32,000 nt of DNA from Wolbachia endosymbiont of Cimex lectularius (GTDB lineage: Bacteria > Pseudomonadota > Alphaproteobacteria > Rickettsiales > Anaplasmataceae): NCBI RefSeq assembly GCF_000829315.1, contig NZ_AP013028.1, positions 870,001 through 902,000 on the forward strand. Direction: 5' to 3'. The position numbers and the translations under genes were made by a program. Numbering within the stretch: position 1 is the stretch's first letter; the number at the start of each line of letters is the position of its first letter. The notes under the pieces are model-generated. The model did not search any database. It saw only the letters and a program-made list of their open reading frames with translations, and had not been told where the DNA came from. Of the stretch, positions 22,218 through 32,000 are shown in pieces.

Positions 22218-22456
22218 CTACTTGACAACCTTCGCCGTTACCCTTATAATGATACTGAAGCTATTTGTTTAACTTCCCAATCTGTGCACTGCATGTCTTT
22301 TTAAAACTTCGGGTTTTTACCCATACAAGCTGAAACGCGCTTATAAGTCGTTTAAGACATCACCCAACGCCGGATTTTAAAATAGAGAGTGGAATAACTA
22401 GCTACCTCGGGGTTTTATTGTCCTTTTTCCCTGTCTGGTAAATTTCTTAAGCATAA
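22218..22456 (-). repeat. ~240-bp partial copy (C) of the ~480-bp non-coding repeat, reverse orientation
   Basis: Reverse complement matches the 3' half of 13712-14200 (ttaagaaatttac...cgacttataagcgcgttt-agcttgtat-ggtaaaaac...gcttcagtatcat...gggtaacg..gaaggttgtcaagtagtttt). Confidence 0.85.
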
Positions 22457-22608
22457 AGGTTATACTAACTTTCGTTATCAAACAAGATACATAATAAACT
22501 CGCTAAACCTCTAATCGTAGGGAAGCTTTTCAATTTGTCCCTGGGATTTGGTATAATAATGGGATTTGATATTAGTATCAATAAATTACTTATAAAAGCA
22601 GATCTTAT

Positions 22609-24659
22609 GGAAAGCAGGGCTAAAGCTTGGTTCGTTTGGCTGATCAGTAACTTGATTGTTATATTCAGCAACATGCAGATAATTTATACTTTATATAAGC
22701 GTAGATCTTGAAAAAGAACTTGGGCTCACGATCGCGCAAGTTGCACTGGCTAACTCAGCGTATAATTGGACTTTTGCCATCTCACAGTTTGTTAGTGGGG
22801 CAATGTTTAATGTTTTTTCCAGTAAAAGAATCTACTTCTTCTCATTATCAACTATGATCCTTGGGTTTCTTGTTCTTATTGATAGTGAAAACTTCTCCCA
22901 TTTGATTTTATCTCAAGTGTTAATTGCAATTGGAGCGTCGTTTGGTTTTATTGGGGCTGCTCATATAAGTAGCACCTGTTTTCCCGTTGCCCAATTTGGG
23001 CTGGTGTTTTCACTAGTGCAGACAATTTCAAGCCTTTCTGCACTGGTAATTCAAATATTGTTCTCTAGCTTTCTCGCTGAAGGGTATATATTGGAAAAAT
23101 CTGATCATGTGCATAATACTACTTGGTGTGTCAATATTTGTGCTTATGTTCTTCTACCCAGAAGCACTCTTAGAACCTGTTTAAAATCTTGGAAATGTGA
23201 GGTAAAGTAAGCATAGATTAATAATGAGGTGTCTATGCAGAAAAGTTATCCAAGTAATATAAGTCAAGAGCAGTTTGAAAAAATCAGGCCAATTTTGGAG
23301 AGTAGCAAGCAGAAAACAAAACCAAGAAAACTTGATTTGTATGACGTATTTTGTGGGGTGTTGTACGTCTTAAAAAGTGGTTGTCAGTGGAGGATGTTAC
23401 CAAAGGGTTTTCCAAGATGGGAAAGCGTATATTACTATTTTCGAGTGTGGAGTAAAAAGAATGGAGAAGAGCCAAGCTTGTTGGAATTAGTCTTAAAAAA
23501 AATTAGTTGGAGAGGTCCGTATCAGCAATGGTCGGAAAGAGAAAACTAGCTTTTGTATAATTGATTCTCAAAGCGTTAAAAACGCAGATACTGCTGAAAA
23601 AAAAAGGCTATGATGCAGGTAAAAAGATTTCAGGGATAAAGCGCCATATTGCAGTTGATACACAAGGTTTGCCACATGCAATTTATGTAACAACGGCAGA
23701 AGCAACTGACCGTAGCAGTGCTGTGAAAATGGTCGAAAATGCTAAAGCAAACCTCTCTGAAGTTAAAAACATACTGGTTGATGCTGGCTACACAGGAGAA
23801 AATTTTGCAACACAAATAAAAGCTATCATTGGTGCGACTGTTGAAGTAATAAGCGAAGTGAGTTACACACTTTCGTCGTATTGCCAAAAAGATGGGTTGT
23901 TGAACGCTCTTTTGCCTGGTTAGAAAAGTGCAGGCGATTGTGGAAAAATTGCGAGCGGAAGCTCAACACTAGCTTACAGATGATAGTCCTCTCCTTCATT
24001 TCTCTCCTGTTACGAAGATTTTAAACAGGTTCTTAGAAAGAAGTTTAGAAAAACACACAATAAAAAGCTCCATAAAAACGGTAATATGTTCTATATTTAC
24101 AGTGCTAAAATTAAAAGATATCTGGATAACCTCAATAGTGGGTGCTATTACTTTTGGAACATTTTTAGCGCTTAACACCTTATGGGCACCGAGGTTGTTG
24201 AGCAACTCAGAACTTGATGCAATGGGATCAGGTATAGCAACTGCAGTGTTATGGCTTGGTCTTGCAATTGGTGCACCGATTGCAGATCGAATCTCAAACT
24301 TATTTAAAAATAGAAAGCATGTAATCTCCGCTTTCGCTCTGCTACAAGGCGTTTCGATTATTATTTTACTATGCAGCCATTTGACGGTTCATATCGTATA
24401 TTCTTGTATGTTAATGTTTGGGTTTTTTGCGGGAGGACATATGCTTAATTTTACTGTTGGCAGTGAAATTGTAGAGCGAAAACGCATTAGCACGTCGTCA
24501 TCTGTTATCAATGGATTTATGTTTATCGTGGGTGGAATCATAGCATCAACGCTAGCACTTTTTACGGATCATCAAATGGCGCTTCTTACAATATTTGCAG
24601 CATTGGCAACTGCCAGTATTTTAAATTATGCTACAAAAGAGACATACCCTAAAAAATAA
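22609..24659 (+). pseudogene. MFS transporter gene, frameshifted and interrupted by IS copy 1
   Basis: Fragments: MESRAKAWFVWLISNLIVIFSN...; frame with DLEKELGLTIAQVALANSAYNWTFAISQFVSGAMFNVFSSKR...EKSDHVH (22704-23114); +1 shift to ILLGVSIFVLMFFYPEALL; IS; then ERSLEKHTIKSS...LKLKDIWITSIVGAITFGTFLALNTLWAPRLL...ATKETYPKK. Confidence 0.85.
23173..24032 (+). mobile_element. IS5-family insertion sequence, copy 1 (ISWpi1-like), 860 bp, transposase frameshifted
   Basis: Terminal inverted repeats GAACCTGTTTAAAATC.../...GATTTTAAACAGGTTC; flanking TTA (23170-23172 and 24033-24035); transposase IS5/DDE motifs (IDSQSVK, DAGYTG) in several frames. Confidence 0.92.
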
Positions 24660-24737
24660 AGTAGCTGAATCTTGAGTTAATTGTTATATTATATTCACAT
24701 ATTATAATAAATTATGGATTATGTTACAACAAAAGAT

Positions 24738-25019
24738 ATGACAGTAACTAAAGCAACAATAGCTGAGGATATAAATCGAGAAATTGGTTTATCAAAAGAA
24801 GACTCTGCTGCAATAATAGACGATATATTGGATGAGATAAAGGCAAGCTTAGTGAAGGATGGAATAGTCAAAATATCATCCTTTGGAACGTTCTTGGTTA
24901 AAAAAAAGAAGGAAAGGCCAGGAAATGTACCAAATACACCAAAAAAAGTAGTAGTTCAGGCAAGAAATTCAGTTTCTTTTAGACCTTCAAAAGTGATAAA
25001 AAAATTAATCAATGAATAA
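24738..25019 (+). CDS. ihfA: Integration host factor alpha / HU-family DNA-binding protein
   Basis: VTKATIAEDINREIGLSKEDSAAIIDDILDEIKASLVKDGIVKISSFGTFLVKKKKERPGNVPNTPKKVVVQARNSVSFRPSKVIKKLIN. The track starts at 24714; the internal ATG at 24738 is a more typical start. Confidence 0.88.
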   Translation: MTVTKATIAEDINREIGLSKEDSAAIIDDILDEIKASLVKDGIVKISSFGTFLVKKKKERPGNVPNTPKKVVVQARNSVSFRPSKVIKKLINE

Positions 25020-25347
25020 GAAAAAATTACTCTACACGATCGGAGAAGTAGCTGAAGAGCTACATGTGGAACAGCATGTTTTAAGATTCTGGGAAAGCCA
25101 ATTTCGTCAAATTAAGCCTATAAAACGTAAGGGAAGAAGGCTATATGATCATAAGTGTATAGAGGCTATAAAGAAAATAAAGTATATGTTATATGATAAA
25201 GGATATACAATAAAAGGAGTGCAAAAAGAATTTAATAATGATGTAAAAATCGATCACGGCTCAAAGGATTTATTACAAGAACTTACCGACCTAAGAGACT
25301 ATTTAATTAGTAAAATAAATAGTGAAGAAGGTAATGAACGGCCGTAA
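25012..25347 (+). CDS. MerR-family transcriptional regulator
   Basis: YTIGEVAEELHVEQHVLRFWESQFRQIKPIKRKGRRLYDHKCIEAIKKIKYMLYDKGYTIKGVQKEF; overlaps the 3' end of ihfA. Confidence 0.92.
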   Translation: MNKKKLLYTIGEVAEELHVEQHVLRFWESQFRQIKPIKRKGRRLYDHKCIEAIKKIKYMLYDKGYTIKGVQKEFNNDVKIDHGSKDLLQELTDLRDYLISKINSEEGNERP

Positions 25348-25535
25348 GCGCAGTGCAGATGTATGTCATATAGCCGGAGGACTAATTAAGAAAGTGTGAG
25401 CTCACGTTAAAGAATGGTTAAAAAGGTACCCGTGTAAATTCCCAAACATCATGAGAACTCTCTTAATACGTAACTTGCGATTAAGAAAAAATCAATACAT
25501 TCACAGTAGATTCAGCTTATATCTATGTTTTTTGT

Positions 25536-26856
25536 GTGGATGTTGGAATGGAAATTTACGCAGGCAAAGAAAGAAGAATAGCGAATGTAGTGACTCAGCA
25601 CTGGAGTGAAATAAAAGGATCAGATAGAGACTGGCCAGAAAGGCATGAGATAGATACTGCCGAAATAATGGAATCTTGGCAGCATTGTTTTATTATTGAA
25701 GTTAATGACCGAGGTTAGAACCTGTTTAAAATCTTGGAAATGTGAGGTAAAGTAAGCATAGATTAATAATGAGGTGTCTATGCAGAAAAGTTATCCAAGT
25801 AATATAAGTCAAGAGCAGTTTGAAAAAATCAGGCCAATTTTGGAGAGTAGCAAGCAGAAAACAAAACCAAGAAAACTTGATTTGTATGACGTATTTTGTG
25901 GGGTGTTGTACGTCTTAAAAAGTGGTTGTCAGTGGAGGATGTTACCAAAGGGTTTTCCAAGATGGGAAAGCGTATATTACTATTTTCGAGTGTGGAGTAA
26001 AAAGAATGGAGAAGAGCCAAGCTTGTTGGAATTAGTCTTAAAAAAAATTAGTTGGAGAGGTCCGTATCAGCAATGGTCGGAAAGAGAAAACTAGCTTTTA
26101 TATAATTGATTCTCAAAGCGTTAAAAACGCAGATACTGCTGAAAAAAAAAAGGCTATGATGCAGGTAAAAAGATTTCAGGGATAAAGCGCCATATTGCAG
26201 TTGATACACAAGGTTTGCCACATGCAATTTATGTAACAACGGCAGAAGCAACTGACCGTAGCAGTGCTGTGAAAATGGTCGAAAATGCTAAAGCAAACCT
26301 CTCTGAAGTTAAAAACATACTGGTTGATGCTGGCTACACAGGAGAAAATTTTGCAACACAAATAAAAGCTATCATTGGTGCGACTGTTGAAGTAATAAAG
26401 CGAAGTGAGTTACACACTTTCGTCGTATTGCCAAAAAGATGGGTTGTTGAACGCTCTTTTGCCTGGTTAGAAAAGTGCAGGCGATTGTGGAAAAATTGCG
26501 AGCGGAAGCTCAACACTAGCTTACAGATGATAGTCCTCTCCTTCATTTCTCTCCTGTTACGAAGATTTTAAACAGGTTCTTATATCTGTGAAAATGCGGG
26601 AGAAAAGGCTGTTGAGTTCTATGGTTTTGAAAAGAACATGTGTATTGATAGTAAGTATGCAGTTGATGCACCATTTTTGCGGCTGTATAAAGTAGACGCA
26701 GTTATTGATAAACTTGATACTGTAGTAGATAGTAAGTGCCCAATCAACGAAGAAGAAGAAAGTGAAAGTGTTAAAATGAGGCAAGTATTGTTGCCGCTTG
26801 GAGATAGAGAAGGTATAACACATATATTGGGCGTAATTACATTTAAGCTCCTTTAA
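25536..26856 (+). pseudogene. PAS_5-like small protein gene interrupted by IS copy 2
   Basis: Removing the IS and one TTA gives one ORF of ~151 aa: ...NVVTQHWSEIKGSDRDWPERHEIDTAEIMESWQHCFIIEVNDRG|YICENAGEKAVEFYGFEKNMCIDSKYAVDAPFLRLYKVDAVIDKLDTVVDSKCPINEEEESESVKMRQVLLPLGDREGITHILGVITFKLL. Confidence 0.85.
25718..26579 (+). mobile_element. IS5-family insertion sequence, copy 2 (ISWpi1-like), 862 bp
   Basis: Same TIRs, flanking TTA (25715-25717 and 26580-26582); longer ORF2 than copy 1, with DAGYTG and [17 protein letters not shown]1 25774-26094, ORF2 fragment 26215-26571. Confidence 0.93.
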
Positions 26857-27009
26857 TATGCAATTTTAGCTTGTATTGTAGCTTCAGATTACATATTATA
26901 GTAGTATTGTAGCTTGTAAGTTGCAATACTATTTGATTCTTTAATAAAGTTATTTATGTTACTAACTAATTGCTACTAAAGAATTCAATGATAATGTTTG
27001 TGAATTTAT

Positions 27010-27216
27010 ATGAAGAGAATGAAATTGAAAACCAAATCTTCCGTTAAAAAGCGCTTTAATCTTACAGCTAAAGGCAAAGTTATTTCTACTCAATCAGGCA
27101 AAAGGCATGGCATGATAAAGAGGAGTAAATCCAACATTCGTAACCAGCGTGGTACAACGATTCTTGGTAAATCTGACTCGCGTATAGTTAAGCTTTACAT
27201 GCCTTATGGTATTTAA
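27010..27216 (+). CDS. rpmI: 50S ribosomal protein L35
   Basis: [32 protein letters not shown]...; start could be 27010 or 27019. Confidence 0.96.
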   Translation: MKRMKLKTKSSVKKRFNLTAKGKVISTQSGKRHGMIKRSKSNIRNQRGTTILGKSDSRIVKLYMPYGI

Positions 27217-27236
27217 CAAAATGGAGGTAAAATAGA

Positions 27237-27602
27237 ATGGCTCGAGTAAAACGTGGGGTTACTACTCATGCTCGTCACAAGAAAATATTAAAGTTAGCAA
27301 AGGGCTATAGAGGACGTGCAAAAAGTTGTTACAGAATTGCTTTACAAAGAGTTGAAAAAGCATTACAATATGCTTATAGGGACAGAAGAAATCGCAAGCG
27401 CGATTTTCGCAGCCTGTGGATAATACGTGTCAATGCAGCAGTAAGAGAGCATGGGCTTACTTATGGTAGATTCATGTATGGCCTCACGCTTGCTGGAATT
27501 AGTTTAAATAGAAAAGTCCTTGCTGAAATGGCTGTTAATTATAAAGATGATTTTGCAGAACTAGTAGAAACTGTAAGCGGCAAATTAGCAGAAAATTCTT
27601 GA
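27237..27602 (+). CDS. rplT: 50S ribosomal protein L20
   Basis: [83 protein letters not shown]. Confidence 0.98.
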   Translation: MARVKRGVTTHARHKKILKLAKGYRGRAKSCYRIALQRVEKALQYAYRDRRNRKRDFRSLWIIRVNAAVREHGLTYGRFMYGLTLAGISLNRKVLAEMAVNYKDDFAELVETVSGKLAENS

Positions 27603-27621
27603 TTTCTTTAAGCAAAGCAGC

Positions 27622-28530
27622 ATGAGAGTTGTTTTCATGGGGTCACCAGAATTTGCTGTTGGTGCGCTGAGCTCGTTATTGAAGTCAGAGAATAAGATAA
27701 TAGCAGTATATACCAAGGCCCCGAAACCTTCGGGGCGTGGACAGAAACTGACGAAGTCTCCAATACATGTTATTGCTGAAGAAAATGGTATAGAGGTGTG
27801 CATTCCTATCTCTCTAAAATCTTTGGTAGAGCAAGAGCGGTTTAGAAATTTCAAACCAGACGTTGCAGTTGTTGCTGCATATGGGTTGATACTTCTAAAA
27901 GAAATTTTGAATATTCCAAAATATGGTTGTATTAATATTCATCCTTCGCTGCTGCCTAGATGGCGTGGTGCAGCTCCCATACAGCACACAATTTTGGCGG
28001 GAGATCAGGAGACTGGGGTTAGCATTATGCAATTGAACGAAGGATTAGATTCCGGCCCTGTTTTAAAACAGAAAAAATTTCTGATTGAAAAAAACGACAA
28101 TTACAAGACATTGCATGATAAACTGTCTGCGCTGGGTAGCAATTTACTGATGGAAGTGTTAAATGAAATTGAAAAACAGGTTCTTTCAGAACAAAACGAT
28201 GATAATGCGTGCTATGCTGATAAAGTGGAAGACTATAAAATTTATGTGAGTGATACTTGTGAAGTTGCTTATAGGAAAGTTAAAGCATTTTATCCCAAAG
28301 CGTTTGTCAAGATAGAGAATAAACGTTTCAGGATACTCGATGCTGACTTTGAATTAAATGCTTCTTTAACTTCAGCACAAGGTGAGATTGTTAATGATAA
28401 TATGCACATAAGTTTGAGGGGCGGCACTTTAATTCCTAAAGTTGTGCAAATGGAAGGAAGAAACCCCTACAGTGTTGAAAATTTCGTCCGTGGATTAAAA
28501 TTTAGCATAGTAAAAAAGTTTATAGAATAA
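27622..28530 (+). CDS. fmt: Methionyl-tRNA formyltransferase
   Basis: [20 protein letters not shown]; [47 protein letters not shown]. Confidence 0.97.
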   Translation: MRVVFMGSPEFAVGALSSLLKSENKIIAVYTKAPKPSGRGQKLTKSPIHVIAEENGIEVCIPISLKSLVEQERFRNFKPDVAVVAAYGLILLKEILNIPKYGCINIHPSLLPRWRGAAPIQHTILAGDQETGVSIMQLNEGLDSGPVLKQKKFLIEKNDNYKTLHDKLSALGSNLLMEVLNEIEKQVLSEQNDDNACYADKVEDYKIYVSDTCEVAYRKVKAFYPKAFVKIENKRFRILDADFELNASLTSAQGEIVNDNMHISLRGGTLIPKVVQMEGRNPYSVENFVRGLKFSIVKKFIE

Positions 28531-28588
28531 ACTGCACAGCCAGCCTGTAATAGAAAAACACAAACAGGCAATGCAACCATAAGGTGAG

Positions 28589-29071
28589 CTACACCTGACG
28601 GCTTTGTTGTGGAATAAGCTTTTCAACTTGACTAGTAATAAAATTGATTGTATAGTCAGCTGCCTCATCGAATTTGTTGTTTATATATTTCCCTATTTCT
28701 TTATTTTGCAAGTGATCATACAAAACAAGAGCAGTTACAGCTGCACATGCTGTTGCAATTAAACCAACTTTTACTACTATAAACGCTGATAGTAATAGTG
28801 CAAATATAGATGTTAATCCAACAGCAATTTTACTTCGTGTTGTTTGTTGTGCTACTTGATTTTGGTCTGTTTTCTTTTCTTCAGAAGTGTTTGATGTTGC
28901 TTTCAGAAGAGTTTTCATCGAGATTGTTGCAATTGCAATTGTAATCAGCCCTATAGCTATTTTTGCTAAAAGAAAGAACGATGGCAGCACCATTACACAT
29001 AATAGCAAACCAGCTCCTATAGCTAACCACTTCCCATTTATTTTTTTAGATTGATTCCCTCTATCAAGCAT
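28589..29071 (-). CDS. Small hypothetical membrane protein (multiple predicted TM segments)
   Basis: 160-aa ORF with hydrophobic stretches WLAIGAGLLLCVMVLPSFFLLAKIAIGLITIAIATISM and IAVGLTSIFALLLSAFIVVKVGLIATACAAVTALVLY. Confidence 0.65.
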   Translation of the reverse strand: MLDRGNQSKKINGKWLAIGAGLLLCVMVLPSFFLLAKIAIGLITIAIATISMKTLLKATSNTSEEKKTDQNQVAQQTTRSKIAVGLTSIFALLLSAFIVVKVGLIATACAAVTALVLYDHLQNKEIGKYINNKFDEAADYTINFITSQVEKLIPQQSRQV

Positions 29072-29275
29072 TGTAATTCTCCATTTTGTTTAATGGTTTA
29101 TTTATATTTAACATGAAGTGCGAAGGTGGTCAAGATATATTTTATGTGAAAGAATGTATTGAAAGGTTTTTTATGTTATTCTCTGTTAACTTATAGTCAA
29201 GTTTAAAATTTTAGAAGGAGTTACGTATTGTTTAGAATCTTTATATACTGTTTTGAATCAATTAGAGAGAATTGA

Positions 29276-30421
29276 GTGCAAGATGCGATTTTAGTTTTAC
29301 AAGATGGTAAGTGCTTTTTAGGAAAATCAGTAGGTAAGAAAAGCAAGTGCATAGGTGAGATCTGTTTTACCACTGGTATCACTGGTTACCAGCATACTAT
29401 AACTGACCCCTCTTTTGCCAATCAAATTATAACGTTCACTTTCCCTCATATTGGCAACATTGGGATAAACAGCAAAGATAATGAAGGAGGAAAGAAAATT
29501 TTTGCGAGTGGTGTGATTATGCGTGAACTTTCTTCTGCATCTCATCCTTCATCGTGTATCAGTTTAAATGATTGGTTGGAGAGAAATAACGTAGTTGGAA
29601 TATCAGGAGTTGATACTAGAGCCTTGACAAGATATTTGCAAAAACATCGGCCCAAAAGTGGGATTATATGCTCATTGACCCGCTCTCCGATGTGTGACAC
29701 TGGGATCTATGATGACCAAACTACTCTTGTAATAGAGGGTCTGCTGGATGGATTGAAGAAATACAAACCTTTAAATGGAGTAGAGATAATCAATAAAGTC
29801 AGTTTAAGTAATAGCTTTAAAAACGATCTTAATGCAAAATACAAAGTTGTAGTGGTTGATTTCGGTGTAAAAGCTAGTATAGTTTCACGCTTAATAGAAC
29901 TTGGTTGTGCAATTGAACTGATCAAGCCAGATAAAGGTTTTGCTCAGAAAATATTAAGTATGGATCCAGATGGTATAGTACTTTCAAATGGTCCTGGTGA
30001 TCCACAAGAAATAGGAGAAAGTATGATTCTAGAGATAGACGTTATTATAAAATCTAAAATACCAGTCTTTGGCATATGCATGGGTCACCAATTGCTTGCA
30101 ATTACTTTAGGGGCAAAGACCTTCAAGATGAATGTTGGTCACCGAGGAAGTAACCATCCAGTTTATAATGTAAGTGACGGGAAAGTTGAGATCACCAGCC
30201 AAAATCATGGATTTGTTGTTGATCCATCTTCTCTACCAAGTGACGTTGAAGTTACTCATATTTCTCTGTTTGATAATAGCATAGAGGGAATAATGATGAA
30301 GAATTACCCGGTTTTTTCTGTACAATACCATCCAGAAGAAGCTCCAGGTACGCACGATTCACATTATCTATTTAGGCACTTTATTAACAGTATTGAGTTG
30401 CATAAAATGAAGTCTGCATAA
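29276..30421 (+). CDS. carA: Carbamoyl-phosphate synthase small subunit
   Basis: GUG start; GEICFTTGITGYQHTITDPSFANQIITFTFPHIGNIG; class I amidotransferase motifs LSNGPGDPQ, PVFGICMGHQLLAITLGA, HPEEAPGTHD. Confidence 0.96.
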   Translation: MQDAILVLQDGKCFLGKSVGKKSKCIGEICFTTGITGYQHTITDPSFANQIITFTFPHIGNIGINSKDNEGGKKIFASGVIMRELSSASHPSSCISLNDWLERNNVVGISGVDTRALTRYLQKHRPKSGIICSLTRSPMCDTGIYDDQTTLVIEGLLDGLKKYKPLNGVEIINKVSLSNSFKNDLNAKYKVVVVDFGVKASIVSRLIELGCAIELIKPDKGFAQKILSMDPDGIVLSNGPGDPQEIGESMILEIDVIIKSKIPVFGICMGHQLLAITLGAKTFKMNVGHRGSNHPVYNVSDGKVEITSQNHGFVVDPSSLPSDVEVTHISLFDNSIEGIMMKNYPVFSVQYHPEEAPGTHDSHYLFRHFINSIELHKMKSA

Positions 30422-30534
30422 TTTTAACCTGGCAAGGTTTTATTGCTTGATTTTTTAGTTTTAGGCATTTAATATTAAATATAATAAAAGATTAAGTTAA
30501 GATACTGGGGTAGTGCTCTCTTAACAAATTTTGT

Positions 30535-30617
30535 GGAGGAGTGATCGAGTGGTTAAAGGTAACAGACTGTAAATCTGTCCGCGAAAGCGTACGTAGGTTC
30601 GAATCCTACCTCCTCCA
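30535..30617 (+). tRNA. tRNA-Tyr (GTA)
   Basis: 7-bp acceptor GGAGGAG/CTCCTCC-type pairing, long variable arm, anticodon loop CTGTAAA, T-arm GTAGGTTCGAATCCTAC. Confidence 0.94.
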
Positions 30618-30621
30618 TTGT

Positions 30622-30693
30622 GCGGGTATAGCTTAATTGGTAGAGCTCTAGCCTTCCAAGCTAGTGGAGTGGGTTCGAATCCCACTATCCGCT
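30622..30693 (+). tRNA. tRNA-Gly (TCC)
   Basis: Acceptor GCGGGTA/TATCCGC, anticodon loop CTTCCAA, T-arm GTGGGTTCGAATCCCAC. Confidence 0.95.
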
Positions 30694-30771
30694 CTTTTTT
30701 TTGTTGTGTTTTTATAAAATCAACATATTATTTATTTATGTATTTGTATTTTAGGTAGAAAAGTTTAAGTT

Positions 30772-31947
30772 ATGACACAAGTAGTAGAAGCATTTGGCAA
30801 GCCGCATGTGAATGTAGGGACAATAGGGCATGTGGATCATGGGAAGACGACATTGACAGCGGCGATAACAAAGTATTATGGGAATTTTGTAGCATACGAT
30901 CAAATAGACAAAGCACCAGAAGAGAGGAAAAGGGGAATAACGATCGCAACAGCACACGTTGAATATCAGACGGAAAAGAGGCATTATGCACATGTTGATT
31001 GTCCTGGACATGCTGATTATGTAAAAAACATGATAGTAGGTGCAGCACAGATGGATGCGGCAATATTGGTAGTGTCAGGAGTTGATGGGCCGATGCCACA
31101 AACAAGAGAACACATATTACTAGCAAAGCAAGTTGGTGTTAAGTATATTGTGGTATACATAAATAAAGCTGATGTTGCTGATCACGATATGATTGGTTTG
31201 GTGGAGATGGAAGTCAGAGAATTGTTAACAAAGTATGGCTTTCCTGGAGATGAAGTACCAGTTATTGTGGGTTCGGCATTGAAAGTGCTGGAAGGTGACG
31301 AAAATAGTGAATATGGAAAAAAATCAATGGATAAATTGATGAAAGCATTAGATGAGTATGTGCCTGATCAGCCGAGGCCTGTGGATTTACCATTTTTAAT
31401 GCCAATAGAAGATGTATTTTCGATATCTGGGCGTGGAACTGTAGTAACAGGAAGAATAGAAAAGGGAGAAGTAAAGATAGGTGAAGAGATAGAAATAATA
31501 GGTCTGAAAGCAACGCAAAAGACGATATGTACAGGTGTTGAGATGTTTAAGAAGTTACTAGACAAGGGATGTGCAGGGCTCAATGTAGGGATATTGCTGA
31601 GGGGAACAAAGAGAGAAGAAGTGGAGAGGGGGCAGGTATTAGCAAAGCCAGGGACAATAACACCGCATAAGAGGTTTAAGGCGGAGGTGTATATATTGAA
31701 GAAAGAAGAAGGAGGGAGGCATACGCCATTTTTTGCAAATTATCAGCCACAATTTTATATAAGGACGACAGATGTAACGGGAAGTATAAAATTGCTGGAA
31801 GGGAAAGAGATGGTAATGCCGGGAGATAATGTAAGTATAGAAGTGGAATTGCAAGTATCAATAGCGATGGATAAGGGATTGCGTTTTGCAATAAGAGAGG
31901 GTGGTAGAACTGTTGGTTCTGGTGTTGTTTCTGAAATTTTGGAGTAG
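30772..31947 (+). CDS. tuf: Translation elongation factor Tu
   Basis: [73 protein letters not shown]; complete ORF. Confidence 0.99.
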   Translation: MTQVVEAFGKPHVNVGTIGHVDHGKTTLTAAITKYYGNFVAYDQIDKAPEERKRGITIATAHVEYQTEKRHYAHVDCPGHADYVKNMIVGAAQMDAAILVVSGVDGPMPQTREHILLAKQVGVKYIVVYINKADVADHDMIGLVEMEVRELLTKYGFPGDEVPVIVGSALKVLEGDENSEYGKKSMDKLMKALDEYVPDQPRPVDLPFLMPIEDVFSISGRGTVVTGRIEKGEVKIGEEIEIIGLKATQKTICTGVEMFKKLLDKGCAGLNVGILLRGTKREEVERGQVLAKPGTITPHKRFKAEVYILKKEEGGRHTPFFANYQPQFYIRTTDVTGSIKLLEGKEMVMPGDNVSIEVELQVSIAMDKGLRFAIREGGRTVGSGVVSEILE

Positions 31948-31961
31948 AAAGTTTTACTCAT

Positions 31962-32000
31962 AGGAGTGTAGCTCAATTGGTAGAGCGCTGGTCTCCAAAA
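31962..32000 (+). tRNA. tRNA-Trp (CCA), truncated by window end
   Basis: AGGAGTGTAGCTCAATTGGTAGAGCGCTGGTCTCCAAAA: 5' half with D-arm and anticodon loop CTCCAAA; position downstream of tuf. Confidence 0.88.

Noticed and set aside
25348-25535. Possible structured RNA or tRNA-like sequence after the MerR gene (ggccgtaagcgcagtgcagatg...)
   Set aside because: No cloverleaf or known RNA signature could be folded by eye; only a 14-nt match (actaattaagaaag) to 8611-8625 was noted.
30751-31976. Several antisense ORFs across tuf (30751-31011, 30770-31126, 31262-31513, 31368-31583, 31639-31854, 31676-31891, 31755-31976)
   Set aside because: They shadow the highly conserved EF-Tu gene, have low-complexity Leu/Ser/His-rich translations and no recognizable domain; a codon-composition artefact.
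1-32000. CRISPR array, restriction-modification, toxin-antitoxin, retron or cif-type gene pair
   Set aside because: No regularly spaced repeats with unique spacers and no ORFs with such domain motifs were seen; the dispersed repeats are irregularly placed.

Overview
The gene content and order (nusA-infB-rbfA, htpG, class 3 lipase-like protein, ALAS, efp, rimM, ihfA-MerR, rpmI-rplT, fmt, carA, tRNA-Tyr/tRNA-Gly/tuf/tRNA-Trp) and the repeats fit an AT-rich Wolbachia (Anaplasmataceae) chromosome. Most of the window is ordinary housekeeping sequence. I found no CRISPR array, complete prophage, toxin-antitoxin pair or convincing new multi-gene system. The unusual parts are: (1) two near-identical IS5-family insertions about 1.7 kb apart in direct orientation, each with an inferred 3-bp TTA duplication; one interrupts an already frameshifted MFS gene and the other interrupts a PAS_5-like ORF whose frame is exactly restored by in-silico excision; (2) a dispersed non-coding repeat of about 480 bp with internal duplication, in two long copies and two partial ones; (3) short hairpin-forming intergenic repeats with one apparently compensatory stem change; (4) a truncated WO-phage-like terminase large-subunit fragment buried in a repeat mosaic; (5) a 922-aa class 3 lipase-domain protein with a long acidic/low-complexity region and a C-terminal transmembrane pair, a plausible effector; (6) an RND transporter gene split by a frameshift. 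All family assignments were made by reading motifs, without database searches.
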